Assembly: GCF_009914755.1 (NCBI RefSeq)
Contig: NC_060947.1
Reading direction: 5' to 3' (one strand)
DNA from: the human T2T-CHM13v2.0 reference genome, Homo sapiens
DNA: 64,000 nt
Positions 38,802 through 50,518 of this stretch are shown here, piece by piece (within the stretch, counting starts at the first letter, position 1; each line of letters starts with the position of its first letter). Position numbers and translations under genes: made by a program. Below the pieces are notes generated by a model, which saw only the letters and a program-made list of their open reading frames with translations, searched no databases and was not told the DNA's origin.

Positions 38802-41800
38802 TGTAAATAAAAAGTAAAGTAGAAGTTCGTCTTCAAAGACTTTCCTTCCAATCTAATTAGGAATAAATAGTAACTTCTCTTAGAAGCAAAATTTATTCAA
38901 AGACCTGTGCTCCTAAATACTTGCCCTGGCATGCTTATACTGGTCCAAGCAAGCATCAGGTCATAGCCTGTGCCTCTTCTTTATTTAAAAGTGTTTTTAC
39001 CTTTCTCAGCATTCCACAATTTACTTCCTCCTTCCTTTGTTCTCCTCTACCTTTGCCTCTTCTAAAAACTCCTAAGTTGCTAGCCATTCGGGACGAATAC
39101 AGAATGTGAGGTCCCGTTCCAGCCAATGGAAACCGGACACAGCAGTAGGGTGGATGCGTCAGGTCATAAATGACCCTGTCTCCTTTGTTTGGTGTATTCT
39201 CGTGGCAAAACTGCTGGCGAGTGTACCCTTTCTGCAGAAAGTAAAAATGGCCTTACTAAATAATAATGTTCAAGTGCTATTTCTTTACGGCACTAGGGAA
39301 CAAGCATTTCAAACAATTTGATGGGCCATATGGGGATACATTCTCCTCTGGGGGTGGTCTCCAGTCGTCTCTCATGATGGAGCGTGCTCCCTTACCTCAT
39401 TGCAAGCGTCTCATGGGTGAGAAATTGAGACCCACCCGGTGTGATGAATAAACCTGTACTCTCAGCAATGCAAAAATAAAAAGAGAGAGAGAGAGAGAGA
39501 GAAAAAAAAAAACAGAAACTGGCCAGCAACCTAGCTTAAAGGATCCTCACATACTGCAGTGATGACTCTGTGCACAGACCAAGGAAGGAGAAGCCGCAGG
39601 AGCCAGTAAAGTAAAAAAACTGCAGGGGTGGTAAAGTATGCCTTAGTCAGGATGTCCTGGAGGTTAGAAAGAGGTGAGAAATCCCCAGGGGCGTTGAACC
39701 TCAGAAAGAGCTGAGAATTCCTTGGGGGGGGGTTGAACCTCAGAAAGAGGTGAGAAATCCCCATGGTGGGGGGGTTGAACCTCAGAAAGAGGTGAGAAAT
39801 CCCCATGGTGGGGGGGTTGAACCTCACACAAACCTCCGGAAGTAAGAAAAATATTTAGAAACCCCCCTTTCCTTTCTTCTCAGGGGAAGAAAGAGTAGCT
39901 CCACTCCCGCCGGTCCCTCCCCTAAGGGAAGGGAAAGGAGAAGGAAAAACAGCAGCATAGGTGGCTGGCAGAGACTAAGGAAAGACCAGCAGAGAAGAAA
40001 AAGAACTTAGGAGAGAAGAGAGAAAGCAAGCAAAAACAGCAGTCACAGAGCCAAACAGCGAGGCAGGCACGCCAAGGGTTAAGTCCCTCTCCCCAGCCCC
40101 AGTCTATGTGAAAAAGAGGGCGGTGGACCCTTGCTGGGAGGAGAGCAGAGGAGGTGAATAGGGCATAATTCTTGCAATTTGCGGCAGGCATCTGCCAAGC
40201 CTCTAGGCTGGTGACTGCCCTAGGCCCAGACTGCAGCCACGCAAATCTCACCCAGCCCGAGAAACTAAGTGTAAAAAGAAATGAAAAAAAAGAAAGTAAA
40301 GGGGGGGAACACAGGAGAAACAGCCGGCCGCGCACGCGTAGGGGGCGGCCGTGGCTGGTCCCCGCTCACGGCAGGAGCAAGAGAACTCGGGAAAAGAAAG
40401 GGAAACAGGATGACAAAGGATGACAGAGGATGAGGGAGAGAGAGAGAGAGAGAGAGAGAAATACAGTGCAAATGAGAGAGAAAGAGAAATGGAAAGGGTA
40501 AGTAAGAGAAACTGGAAGAGACAGAAATCAAAGACATAGAGGGTGAAACTAGAAAAAGAAATAGTGTAAAAGGAAGGCACAAAGTTAAGACATGTTGCAG
40601 ATTGTGAAAGTTGTAAGAAAAGCTATAAAAGGGAATTTATGCAAGAAATATTGTATAATTTAAAAGTAATTAGGCCTCCTGAATGTAAAATTATTTTTAA
40701 AAAGTTTATGTACAAGGTATGTAAGAAACATAAAATATACTTTTAATAACAGGATTTTAAGGAGGCATAAGAATGTGGATTTTTACCTACATTAAAGGTT
40801 TAAAATTTTTTTTTGTTTTAAAGGTTTAAGCAAGTTTTAAAAAGTTAATTGTAAAGGAAATTCTGTGTGTAAACATACTGGCTAAAGTTAAAGAGGTATC
40901 ATCCAGTTTTTCTGAACTGGACGTTAAAATTAAAGCACAATAGATCTTTCTTGAAGCACTAACCTGCTCTTTAACAAAAATTATAAAAAGTTAAAAAGAG
41001 TCTATAAAAGTCTTACCTTATAATCAGACATTCAAATTAGATAATGTCTACAAAATTTTATTAAAATTAAGTTTAACATTAATAGCATATTAATATAAAG
41101 ATAAAATTTAACTATAGTCAGACATTAAAATTAGATAATGTCTACAAAATTTTATTAAAATTAAGTTTAACATTAATAGCATATTAATATAAAGATAAAA
41201 TTTAACTTATCTGGTATAAAATCATATAAAAAACATTGTCAAATATAAAATGGTGTTTAGCTTTCTTAAGGCCCAAAGGCAGCCAGGTAAGTCACAAGGC
41301 CCCTCATCCTCAAGGTCACAGTGCACAGGGGCAGTGAAGGCCACAAGAAGGCCAAGACATTAAGAAGGGGCAGGACTGCAGCATCCCCTAGGTGGCACTG
41401 AGCAAGAATGGAGCAGGAGGCGTCACCATGAGGCCTCAAGCCCCAGAATATGCAGCAAAAATTATATACTTATCTTCCACTTTTCCTTCCCTTGGAACTA
41501 AAAGTCTTTTAGCACAGGTGCCACCCCTAGAATTTCCAGTACATCAGCACCAGCCTGAAAACCACGTCCTCATCAAAAGATAGAAAAACTCAAGCCAGCC
41601 TAGGAAGAACCCTATTTTATGCTGTTAACTGCTGAGACTGCCGTCCGCACAGCCAAGACAAAAAAAAATGGACCCACCATACTCGAGTCAAAAAAAACTT
41701 CCTCTCAAAATCGTGGGTTACTGTACTAGGATCAAGCCCTACTAAGTTAAAGAAAGCTTAATTTTCATATACCTTCTATATTGCTTCCTTTCCTTTCCTT

Positions 41801-43892
41801 ATTCTGTTACTAGCTCCTTTGTTATTAATGTAACTAAATCTAACTCACCTCAAACCATTGCCTTTAATGCTTGCGCTGTCATACCTTGTGGAAATGTAAA
41901 AGATCAACAACAGCTAGTCTTTTCACACAAATATTTATGTCCCAGCCCTCTAATTGACACGGTTACCCCTAGCACTCATTGTTGTAATCACATGCAGCCA
42001 AGATGCCAATTTTCTGCTCCTACAGGCTGGCAACCTTGTAGTAAATGGGACTACATCCATTAAACTACTCAGGAGCAAAGTTAAACTTCCACGAAAAAGG
42101 TTTGTGCAGATCTAAAATCCCTCATCTATTTCACTAAAAGGACTACCCCTTCTAACTGTCAGCCTTATCAATATAACCCCGTCCTTCTCTCTATCACCAC
42201 CTCCACCTTAACTAACTCTAAACCTGCCCTTAGTCGCTTCTATAGTATAAGGATTGACGTAAATGGAAAAGACCCCCATAAGTATTTTTAAAATATGCAT
42301 TATTCCCCCATCTTCCCCTTCTTCAGTAGCCTCAGTTCTAGATCTCACACCGGTTGCTCCTACATCTAATAAAACTAGGGTGTCTATTATAAAAATAAGA
42401 GACCTAAGACAAACAGCCGTCAAGACAAAATATCAAATTGCAAATGCCTGGCTGAAATTGATTAAATAATCCGTTAATAAAAGCGATTATGACGCTTGTA
42501 TGCACGGTAGGCCAGAGGCCCAGATTATCCCCTTTCCATTCGAATGGTCTCCCCATTGACCACATACGGACTGTACGGTGGCTCTTTTTCAAAATCCCAC
42601 TGCTTAGAATAATCCATCCTACTGAGCTCTCTCTGCTATCTCCTAAAGTTCAACCCCCTGTGGGCCAGCCCCTGAGGGCAATCCAGCTTCCACCTCTAAA
42701 TGCCAAGTTTACTTTGTACCTCTCATGGCAGGGGGAAGATTTGGTGTTTCTTGGAAACATAAAAGGATATAAAGAGCTCAAGCCTTTCTAAGAGCTTGCC
42801 CATCAGTCCATGCTTAGCCATCCCCAAGCAAATGTATGGTAATCCTGTAGAGGATCTTTACTAGACACTTTGCCAAATAATTGGAGCAGTACTTGTGCTC
42901 TAATCCAATTGGCTATCCCCTTCACCCTGGCATTTCATCCATCTAAAAAGGTAAAAACAAAACACCGCAGGCCAAGGAAAACTCCTTGTAAGTCCTTTAA
43001 TCCTCAGGTTTATATAAATGCTATTAAGGTCCTGTGAGAACTGCCAAATAATTTTAAAGCACAAAATCAAATAGATGCAAAATTTAAATCCACGTTGTTC
43101 TAATAGGTAACTATAAATTAAAAAAAAATTTAACTTCAATTCTCACCTTGTTCGTTCTTATTATTGGTGTACTTATTCTTGTAGACTGTTATATTATTCC
43201 CTGCCTTCAAAGTTTTATGCAAAAACTTGTCTCTGCCACTCTTACAGAGTTAACTCCTAACTCTCCTCCACCCTATTCAAAAAAAAATTACTTCTTTTAC
43301 AGGGACAAAGCAATTAAGTCAAAACATATTAAATAAGTTTGAAGAGAAATTATGAAATAAAAAGAGGGGGAATATTGTAAAAAGTAAAGTAGAGGTTCCT
43401 CTTCAAAGACTTTCCTCCCTATCTAATTAGGAATAAATAGTAACTTCTCTTAGAAGCAAAATTTATTCAAAGACCTGTGCTCCTAAGTATTTGCCCTGGC
43501 ATGCTTATACTGGTCCAAGCAAGCATTAGGTCATAGCCTGTTCCTCTTCCTTATTTAAAAGTGTTTTTACCTTTCTCAGCATTCCACAAGTTACTTCCTC
43601 CTTCCTTTGTTCTCCTCTACCTTTGCCTCTTTTAAAAAGCTCTAAGTTGCTAGCCAATCGGGACAAATAAAGAATGTGAGGTCCCGTTCCAGCCAATGGA
43701 AACCAGACACAGCAGTAGGGTGGACATGTCAGGTTATAAATGACCCTGTCTCCTTTGTTTGGTGTACTCTCATGGCAAAACTGCTGGCGAGTGTACCCTT
43801 TCTGTAGGAAGTAAAAATGGCCTTATTAAATAAATTAAATTTATGTTCAAGTGCTATTTATTTACAGCACTGGGGAACAAGCATTTCAAACA
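38802..43892 (+). mobile_element. Second, nested HERV-I/IP10-type provirus with LTR10B/C-like LTRs (38802-39315 and 43376-43892)
   Basis: Two LTRs (tgtaaa..aagtaaagtaga..gcatttcaaaca), an Ile-like PBS tgatgggccatatggggat, PPT aaagaggggg, and an env remnant at 41800-43330. Confidence 0.88.
39665..39826 (+). repeat. ~36-42 bp tandem repeat, 4 copies, in the inner provirus leader
   Basis: Unit agaaagaggtgagaaatccccatggtggggggttgaacctc. Confidence 0.88.
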
Positions 43893-44599
43893 ACAGCAAA
43901 ATAAAAGCACAGCAGGTTTTTCTGAAAGCACTAACCTGCTCTTTAACAAAAAATATAAAAGGTTAAAGAGTCTATAAAAATCTTACCTTATGGTCAGACA
44001 TTAAAAATCGAATAAGTATGTCTACAAAGTTTTATTAAAACTAAGTTTAACATTAATAACACACTAATATAAAGGTGAAATTTAGCTTATCTGGTATAAA
44101 AATCATACAGGAAGCATTGTCAAATATAAAATGATGTTTGGCTTTCTTTGGTCTAAAAACTAATAAAAATGGGTGCGAAAAGAAATTTCTCAGTAAGAAG
44201 GCACCAAGGACTATAAAGTCCACTGCTGATGTCCTCACATTTAAAACAAAAGGTCAGTTTCTTAGAAATTATATACTTGGTTTATCTTCCACTTTCCTTT
44301 CCCTCAAAACTAAAAGTCTTAGCACAGGTACCACCCCTGGTTTACAGTAAACCAGCACCAGCCTGAAGATCATGATCTCATCAAAGGGTGGAAAGAAGGA
44401 AAACTCGAGCTACTCTGGGAAGGACCCTACCTTGTACTGCTAACCACCAAGACTGCTGTTGGTACAGCGAAAAAGGGATGGACTCATCACACCCAAGTCA
44501 AGAAAGTGCCACCCCCTCCAGAGTTGTGGGCCATAGTCTCAGGGAAAAACCCTACCAAACTAAAGCTAAGAAAAATTTAACTCTCTTTCACCTCTTCTA

Positions 44600-46250
44600 T
44601 TACTCTTTCTTCTTTCCTCACTCTATTGCTGACCATCTAGTTATTAACATAACTAAGTCAATTTCACCTCAAACTATTGGATTTGATGCTTGCCTTGTTA
44701 CACCCTGTGGGGACTTGCCAAGTCAAAGACAGCTCTCTACTTCAGAAAAGTACCTCTGTCCCTCCTGACTCTCCTCAGACTGGGCATTAGTAAATTAGGA
44801 CCATTTAATCTGGGGAGATTTCGATAAAGACTCCAGTGTTAACCAGGAGTCTTGCTCCCTGATGTACAGCTTTTATGCAGTAGTTGGTCCAACGTTTTCT
44901 GGACCACTAAAGAGCAAGGATGGACTGCCCCAACCAGTTTTTGTAATTTCCTAAAACTATACATTCATTTTACTAGAGGATCATAGAAGTTAAAGACTTA
45001 AAACAAACTTTGGCAATTAAGACAGGATACCAAGATGCAAATGCCTGGTTGGAATGGATCAAATATTCGGTCCACATGTTAAACAAAAGCAATTGTTATG
45101 CTTTGCACACGGCAGGCCAGAGGCCCAGATTGTCCCTTTTCCACTAAGGTGGTCCTCCAGTTGACAAGGTATGGGCTGCATGGTAGCTCTTTTCCAGGAT
45201 TCTACAGCCTGGAGTAATAAGTCGTGCCAAGCTCCCTCTCTGCTATATCCCAAAGTCCGGCACCCTGCGAGTGAGACCCCGAGGGCCATCCAGCTTCTGT
45301 CTCCCAACACCAAGTTCACTTCGTGTCTTTCACTACAGGGAGGAAACTTAGCATTACTCGGAGACCTGAAGGGATGCAGTGAGCTTAAGAATTTTCAAGA
45401 GCTTATCAATCAGTCAGCCCTTGTTCATCCCCAAGTGGATGTGTGGTAGTATTGTGGTGGACCTTTACTGAACACTGCCAAATAACTGGAGTGGCACTTG
45501 TGCTTTAGTCCAATTGGCTATCCCTTTCACCCTGGCATTTCATCAACCAGAGGAAGGAAAAAATAAGACACCATAAAGCAATAGAAGCCCCTTATGGGTC
45601 TTTTGACTCTCACATCTATTTAGACACAATTAAAGTCCCACAGGGAATACCAGATCAATTTAAAGCCCGAAATCAAATAGCTGCAGGATTTGAGTCAATA
45701 CTTTGGTGGATGACAATTAATAAAAATGTAGATTGGATAAACTACATCTATTGCAACCAACAGCAATTTATTAACTACACTAGAGATGCTGTTAAATAGC
45801 TGAACAATTAGCGGCTGCTAGCGAGACGGCTTAGGAAAATAGGATAGCCGTAGACATGATATTAGCAGAAAGAGGAGGAGTTTGCATCATGATTACAACT
45901 CAGTGTTGCACCTTCATCCCAAACAACACCACCCCTAGTGGAAGTATAACAAAGGCACTGCAAGGTCTGACTGCTCTATCCAATGAGCTAGCCAGCAACT
46001 TGGGTAAATGGTCCCTTTACAGGATGGCTAGAAAAGTAGTTCAGTAAATGGAAAGGAATAATAGCCTCGATTCTTATTTCCCTTGCAGCGTAATGGGTGT
46101 ACTTATTCTTGTTGGGTGCTGTGTCATACCATGCATCTGTAAGTTGATGCAGAGGCTCATAAAAACGGCACTTACTAAAACCTCCCTTAACTATCCTCCA
46201 CTTTATCCAGAGACACTTCTTCTTTGGAAAACCAAGCAAAACAACTAAGC
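44600..46250 (+). pseudogene. Disrupted env of the outer provirus
   Basis: ENRIAVDMILAERGGVCIMITTQCCTFIPNNT (immunosuppressive domain plus CX6CC), with many stops. Confidence 0.85.
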
Positions 46251-46780
46251 CAAGACATGTTAAAAAAATAAAAAAGTTTGAAAAGAAAGCTGTAAGGAAA
46301 TACAAGGGGAGGAGTTGTTAGATATGAGTTCTAAATTTCTTTTCAAATAATATGTCAGTATGTTCAATTCTTTGCCTTCTACTTTTAAACTTAACTTCCT
46401 CGTAAAGCAACCTTTTTCTATTTCCCACTCCACCTTGACTCATTCTGATCACCTGCTCCACCCTAACTCATTCTGATCACCTGCTCCACCCTAACTCATT
46501 CAGATTACCTGCTACCTGCTCTGTCCTGACTCCTGCCAAAGCACTCAACCCGATATTCTCTTTAAATTAGCCAATCGGAATTAGTTTAGCCTCTGCAGTC
46601 TAACCCTAACTAACAGGGGAATGACACAGCAGGTGTCACGTGCATCAGGGATAAGAACCCCTTCCCCTCCCTTGTCCAAGTGTGCGCTCACCAGAAGTAA
46701 CTTGCCTTGCTGAGAATTAAAAAGAAAATTTTATATTTGAGTGCTATTCCTTTTGTGGCACCGAAACTTTATATATAACA

Positions 46781-46846
46781 CATACACAGACACAGACAGA
46801 CAGACAGACACACACACACACACACAGGCACACACAAACATATATA
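46781..46846. repeat. (GACA)n/(CA)n microsatellite
   Basis: Directly visible in the sequence. Confidence 0.9.
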
Positions 46847-47907
46847 TCTTGGATCTTAGCTTTTAATTAAGCTGATTTTTAACCATTGTGCTCTTTAAAA
46901 AAAATCCTTTTAAATCTCATTACCATATTTTGGCTGGGACAAACTGCTGATATTTCAAAAGTAACAAAAATATCAAACCAGAAAGGACTTGATTTAGGAA
47001 CAAATGCAGGCTGTCTTGTGAAAAAAAGGCAGAAGCTTAGCTAGTGTACTACAACCATTGCTGTTTCAGTTTGGCTTGTCTACTAAAAGGTGGCCTTCTT
47101 ATGTAAATAAAGCACCACAGGTAATCAAATTCTTGTTTTTTTTTCTTTTCTTTTTTTTTTTTTCCAGCTGCATGAATTTAGCCAATTCAGAGACCTTGTT
47201 CCCCATAATTTGGAACTTTCCTTTGGATTTGGCCAAGTCCAGTAGAGTTGGTCAGAAAAATCCCTTCCTACTTCCTGTAAAAAGATTGGAAAGAATTCAT
47301 TAGAAAATATGCCCAGAGTGTTCTGTTCTTCTTACCAGATAAATTATTTTTCCAGAGTCTAACTTGCTGGGTTTTTTTCTAGACTTTAACCAACCTGTGG
47401 GAAGGGAAATATCCAATTACAACACCATCCAGCCTTTTGTGTCTTCAAGGAGAAAACAAAACTGAGAAGCACTAGTGAAAGCTACAGCCCAGGGCACACT
47501 GATTCAAGCCTGACACCTAGTCATAGGAGGATAGAACATTTTCCTTCCCTCCACAGCTCACTGCCACATCAATGGGGGAATGAAACTGAAAGAACTGTGA
47601 GTGCCAGATCATAGTGAGCAAGTCTCCAAGGAAAACCAAACACAACCAAGGAGGAAAAATGAAGGATACCACAGGGAGGTTTAGCCTCTGACACCTACAG
47701 CTACAGCAAACAGTAAACACAGCCAGATGAACATAAAGCCTCACACTAAAGGCCTATTTAACTCCATTGTTTTTATCCATTCCATTACGTCAAATTTGCA
47801 ACAAAAAATTTCAAACCATAATACACAAGAAACGCAGTGTGAAGAGACAGAGCATTCATTAGAAACAGACTCATATGGTAGAGATATTGTAATAATCTGA
47901 CTAGGAA

Positions 47908-48217
47908 TTTTTTTTTTTTTTTTTGAGATGGAGTCTCGCTCTGTCGCCCAGGTTGGAGTGCAGTGGCGCAATCTTGGCTCACTGCAAGCTCCGCCTCCTG
48001 GGTTCACACCTGGGTTCACATCATTCTCCTGCCTCAGCCTCCTGAGTAGCTGGGACTACAGATGCCCACCACCACACCTGGCTAATTTTTTGTGTTTTTA
48101 GTAGAGATAGGGTTTCACCGTGTTAGCCAGGATGGTCTTGATCTCCTGACCTCGTGATCTGCCCACCTCAGCCTCCCAAAGTGCTGGGATTACAGGCGCA
48201 AGCCACCATGCCCAGCC
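47908..48217 (-). mobile_element. AluY with a 12-bp internal duplication (cctgggttcaca x2)
   Basis: Y diagnostics ctgcaagctcc and gttagccaggatgg. TSD ctgactaggaattt. Confidence 0.93.
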
Positions 48218-49966
48218 CTGACTAGGAATTTAAAACAACTTTGAGGGATGTGCTGAGGTCTCTGAGGAAACAGTAGATAATGTCCAAGAGCAGATAAGTA
48301 ATATCAGCAGAAAGATAGAAACTCTGTAAAAAAGAGTCAAAAGGAAATGCTAAAAATAAAAAAAAATACTATAACGAAAATGAAGAATGACTTTGATGAG
48401 CTGAACAGTAGACTAGGCAGAGCAAAGGACACAACCTGAAGAAATGGCAAGAACAATTTTCCACTTTTTTTGCCATTACATAGAAATATGATTATTGTAT
48501 ATTGAGTTTCTATCTTGTGAGCTTGCTGCACCCACTTGTTTGAGAAGTTATTGTGCAGTTTCCTTGGGATTTTCTGCATAGACAGGGATGTCTTCTGAGG
48601 TTAGAAATAGTGTTGTCTAATCCATTCCATTCTGGATGCTGCTTATTTATATTTCTTGTTTGATTTCACTGGTAAGAATCCCACTACATTGCTGAATAGG
48701 AGTGGTGAGAGGAGACATACTTTTCTTGTTTATGCTCTTAGGGGAAGGCATTTAGTCTTTCCCTACATTGATATTTGCTCTAGGGTTTGGTATATGTACT
48801 CTGTCAGGTTAAGTTCCTCTCTACATCTAGTTTTCTGAGACTTCTGATTATGAATATGTTGTATTTTCTCAATGCTCTTCTCTGCTTTAGTTCAAATCAT
48901 CATAAGTTTCATTAGTCTGTTGAGATAGTGAATTATATTGCTTAATTATCAAATATTGAACCAGCCTTCCATTTCCCAGAAAAATCCCACTTTTTAGATG
49001 TTGCTGTACTCTATTCAAAAAGGTTTTGATGGAGATTTTTCACATCTATGTTTATAAAGCATATTGGCCTCTAATTTTTTCCTTTATATTTCTTTTTTTT
49101 CTTTTTTTGTACTGCTGGCCTGGTAATAGCTCAGTAATGTTAACCTGATAAAAAGATTCAGAAAACATTCCATTCTCTTTTATTTGCTGTATTAGTGTCC
49201 AGATGAGTGTGACGTTTTCCTTATATGTTTGTAAGATATCTCCAGTGAACATATCTGGGTCTACATATTTAATTTTCAAAAACATTTTTACTATGAAATC
49301 AATTACTTTATTAGCTAGAGTACTATTCAGGTTATCCATTTCAGCTAAGATGAGTTCTGGTAGTTTCTGAGTTTAGAGGAAATTTATTTAATTTCATCAC
49401 CAATTCCATCTCAATTCTTGAATTTTTCTGCATATATTTGTTTTCAGTATTTCATTTTTACCTTTCTAATGTCTGCAGGTTCTGTAATGATAACTCCTGT
49501 TTCCTTCCTGATTTGAATAATTTGTGTCTTCTTTTTACTTTGTCTGGATGACTAGAGTTCCATCCATTTTCTTTATCTTTTCAAAGAACTAGATTTTGGT
49601 TTCTTAATTTTTTTCCTATGTATTTTCTCTTTTTAATATCAGTTATTGACTTTCTACTTCTGCTTGCTTTGAATTAATTTGTTTTCTTCTTTTTCTAGTT
49701 AGTTAAGGTAGAAGCTTAGATTATTTGAGACCTTTAAAAAGTCTTAATCTAAGTGTTAACTGCTGTAATTCTCTCTCTAAACACTGTTTTAGCTTCATCC
49801 TACAAGTTGTGATATGTTGCTTTTTCAGTTTAACTTAGTTCTGTGGATTTTTTATTTTGTTGAGATTAAGTGTGATCCTTGAATTGTTGAAGATTGTGTG
49901 ATTTAGTTTCTAAGTGGTTTCAGATTTTCCTGCTGTATTAATGTTATTGTTTGATTGCAAATTTGA

Positions 49967-50242
<276 letters not shown>

Positions 50243-50518
50243 AGTTTATTGTGTGTTCCACTACTCAGAAGATAATCCAGCTTGGTGAGTGTTGCATGTG
50301 TGCTGGAAAAAATGTATTATACATTCTGCTGTTGCTGCTGTCATGATATTTGAATCCATGGGTTGTGAGTGGTCCTGCTCAGGGTTGAGAACTGGGTAAT
50401 GCTCTATCTCTAGTCCAGTTCTCCAATCCTAGATTAATAGAAAGATTCCTGCATGGGCACCTTGGGTTGATGCAGGAAATTCTATCAAATTTAAAGTGTT
50501 CTTTCTTACATTTGCTGC

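Larger units (their letters stand above)
34755..46780 (+). mobile_element. HERV-IP10-type deleted provirus with LTR10A/F-like LTRs (34755-35282 and 46316-46780)
   Basis: Two LTRs (gttagatatgagttctaaa..tatataaca), a Pro-like PBS and PPT aaggggaggag. Remnants of gag (ATG 35962, IPPDSPLGLML), RNase H (DGSS ~37940), IN GPY (~44420) and env. TSD caga/cata. Confidence 0.88.

Noticed and set aside
44600-46250. Domesticated syncytin-like env
   Set aside because: ISD and CX6CC motifs are recognisable, but the frame is broken by many stops and shifts.
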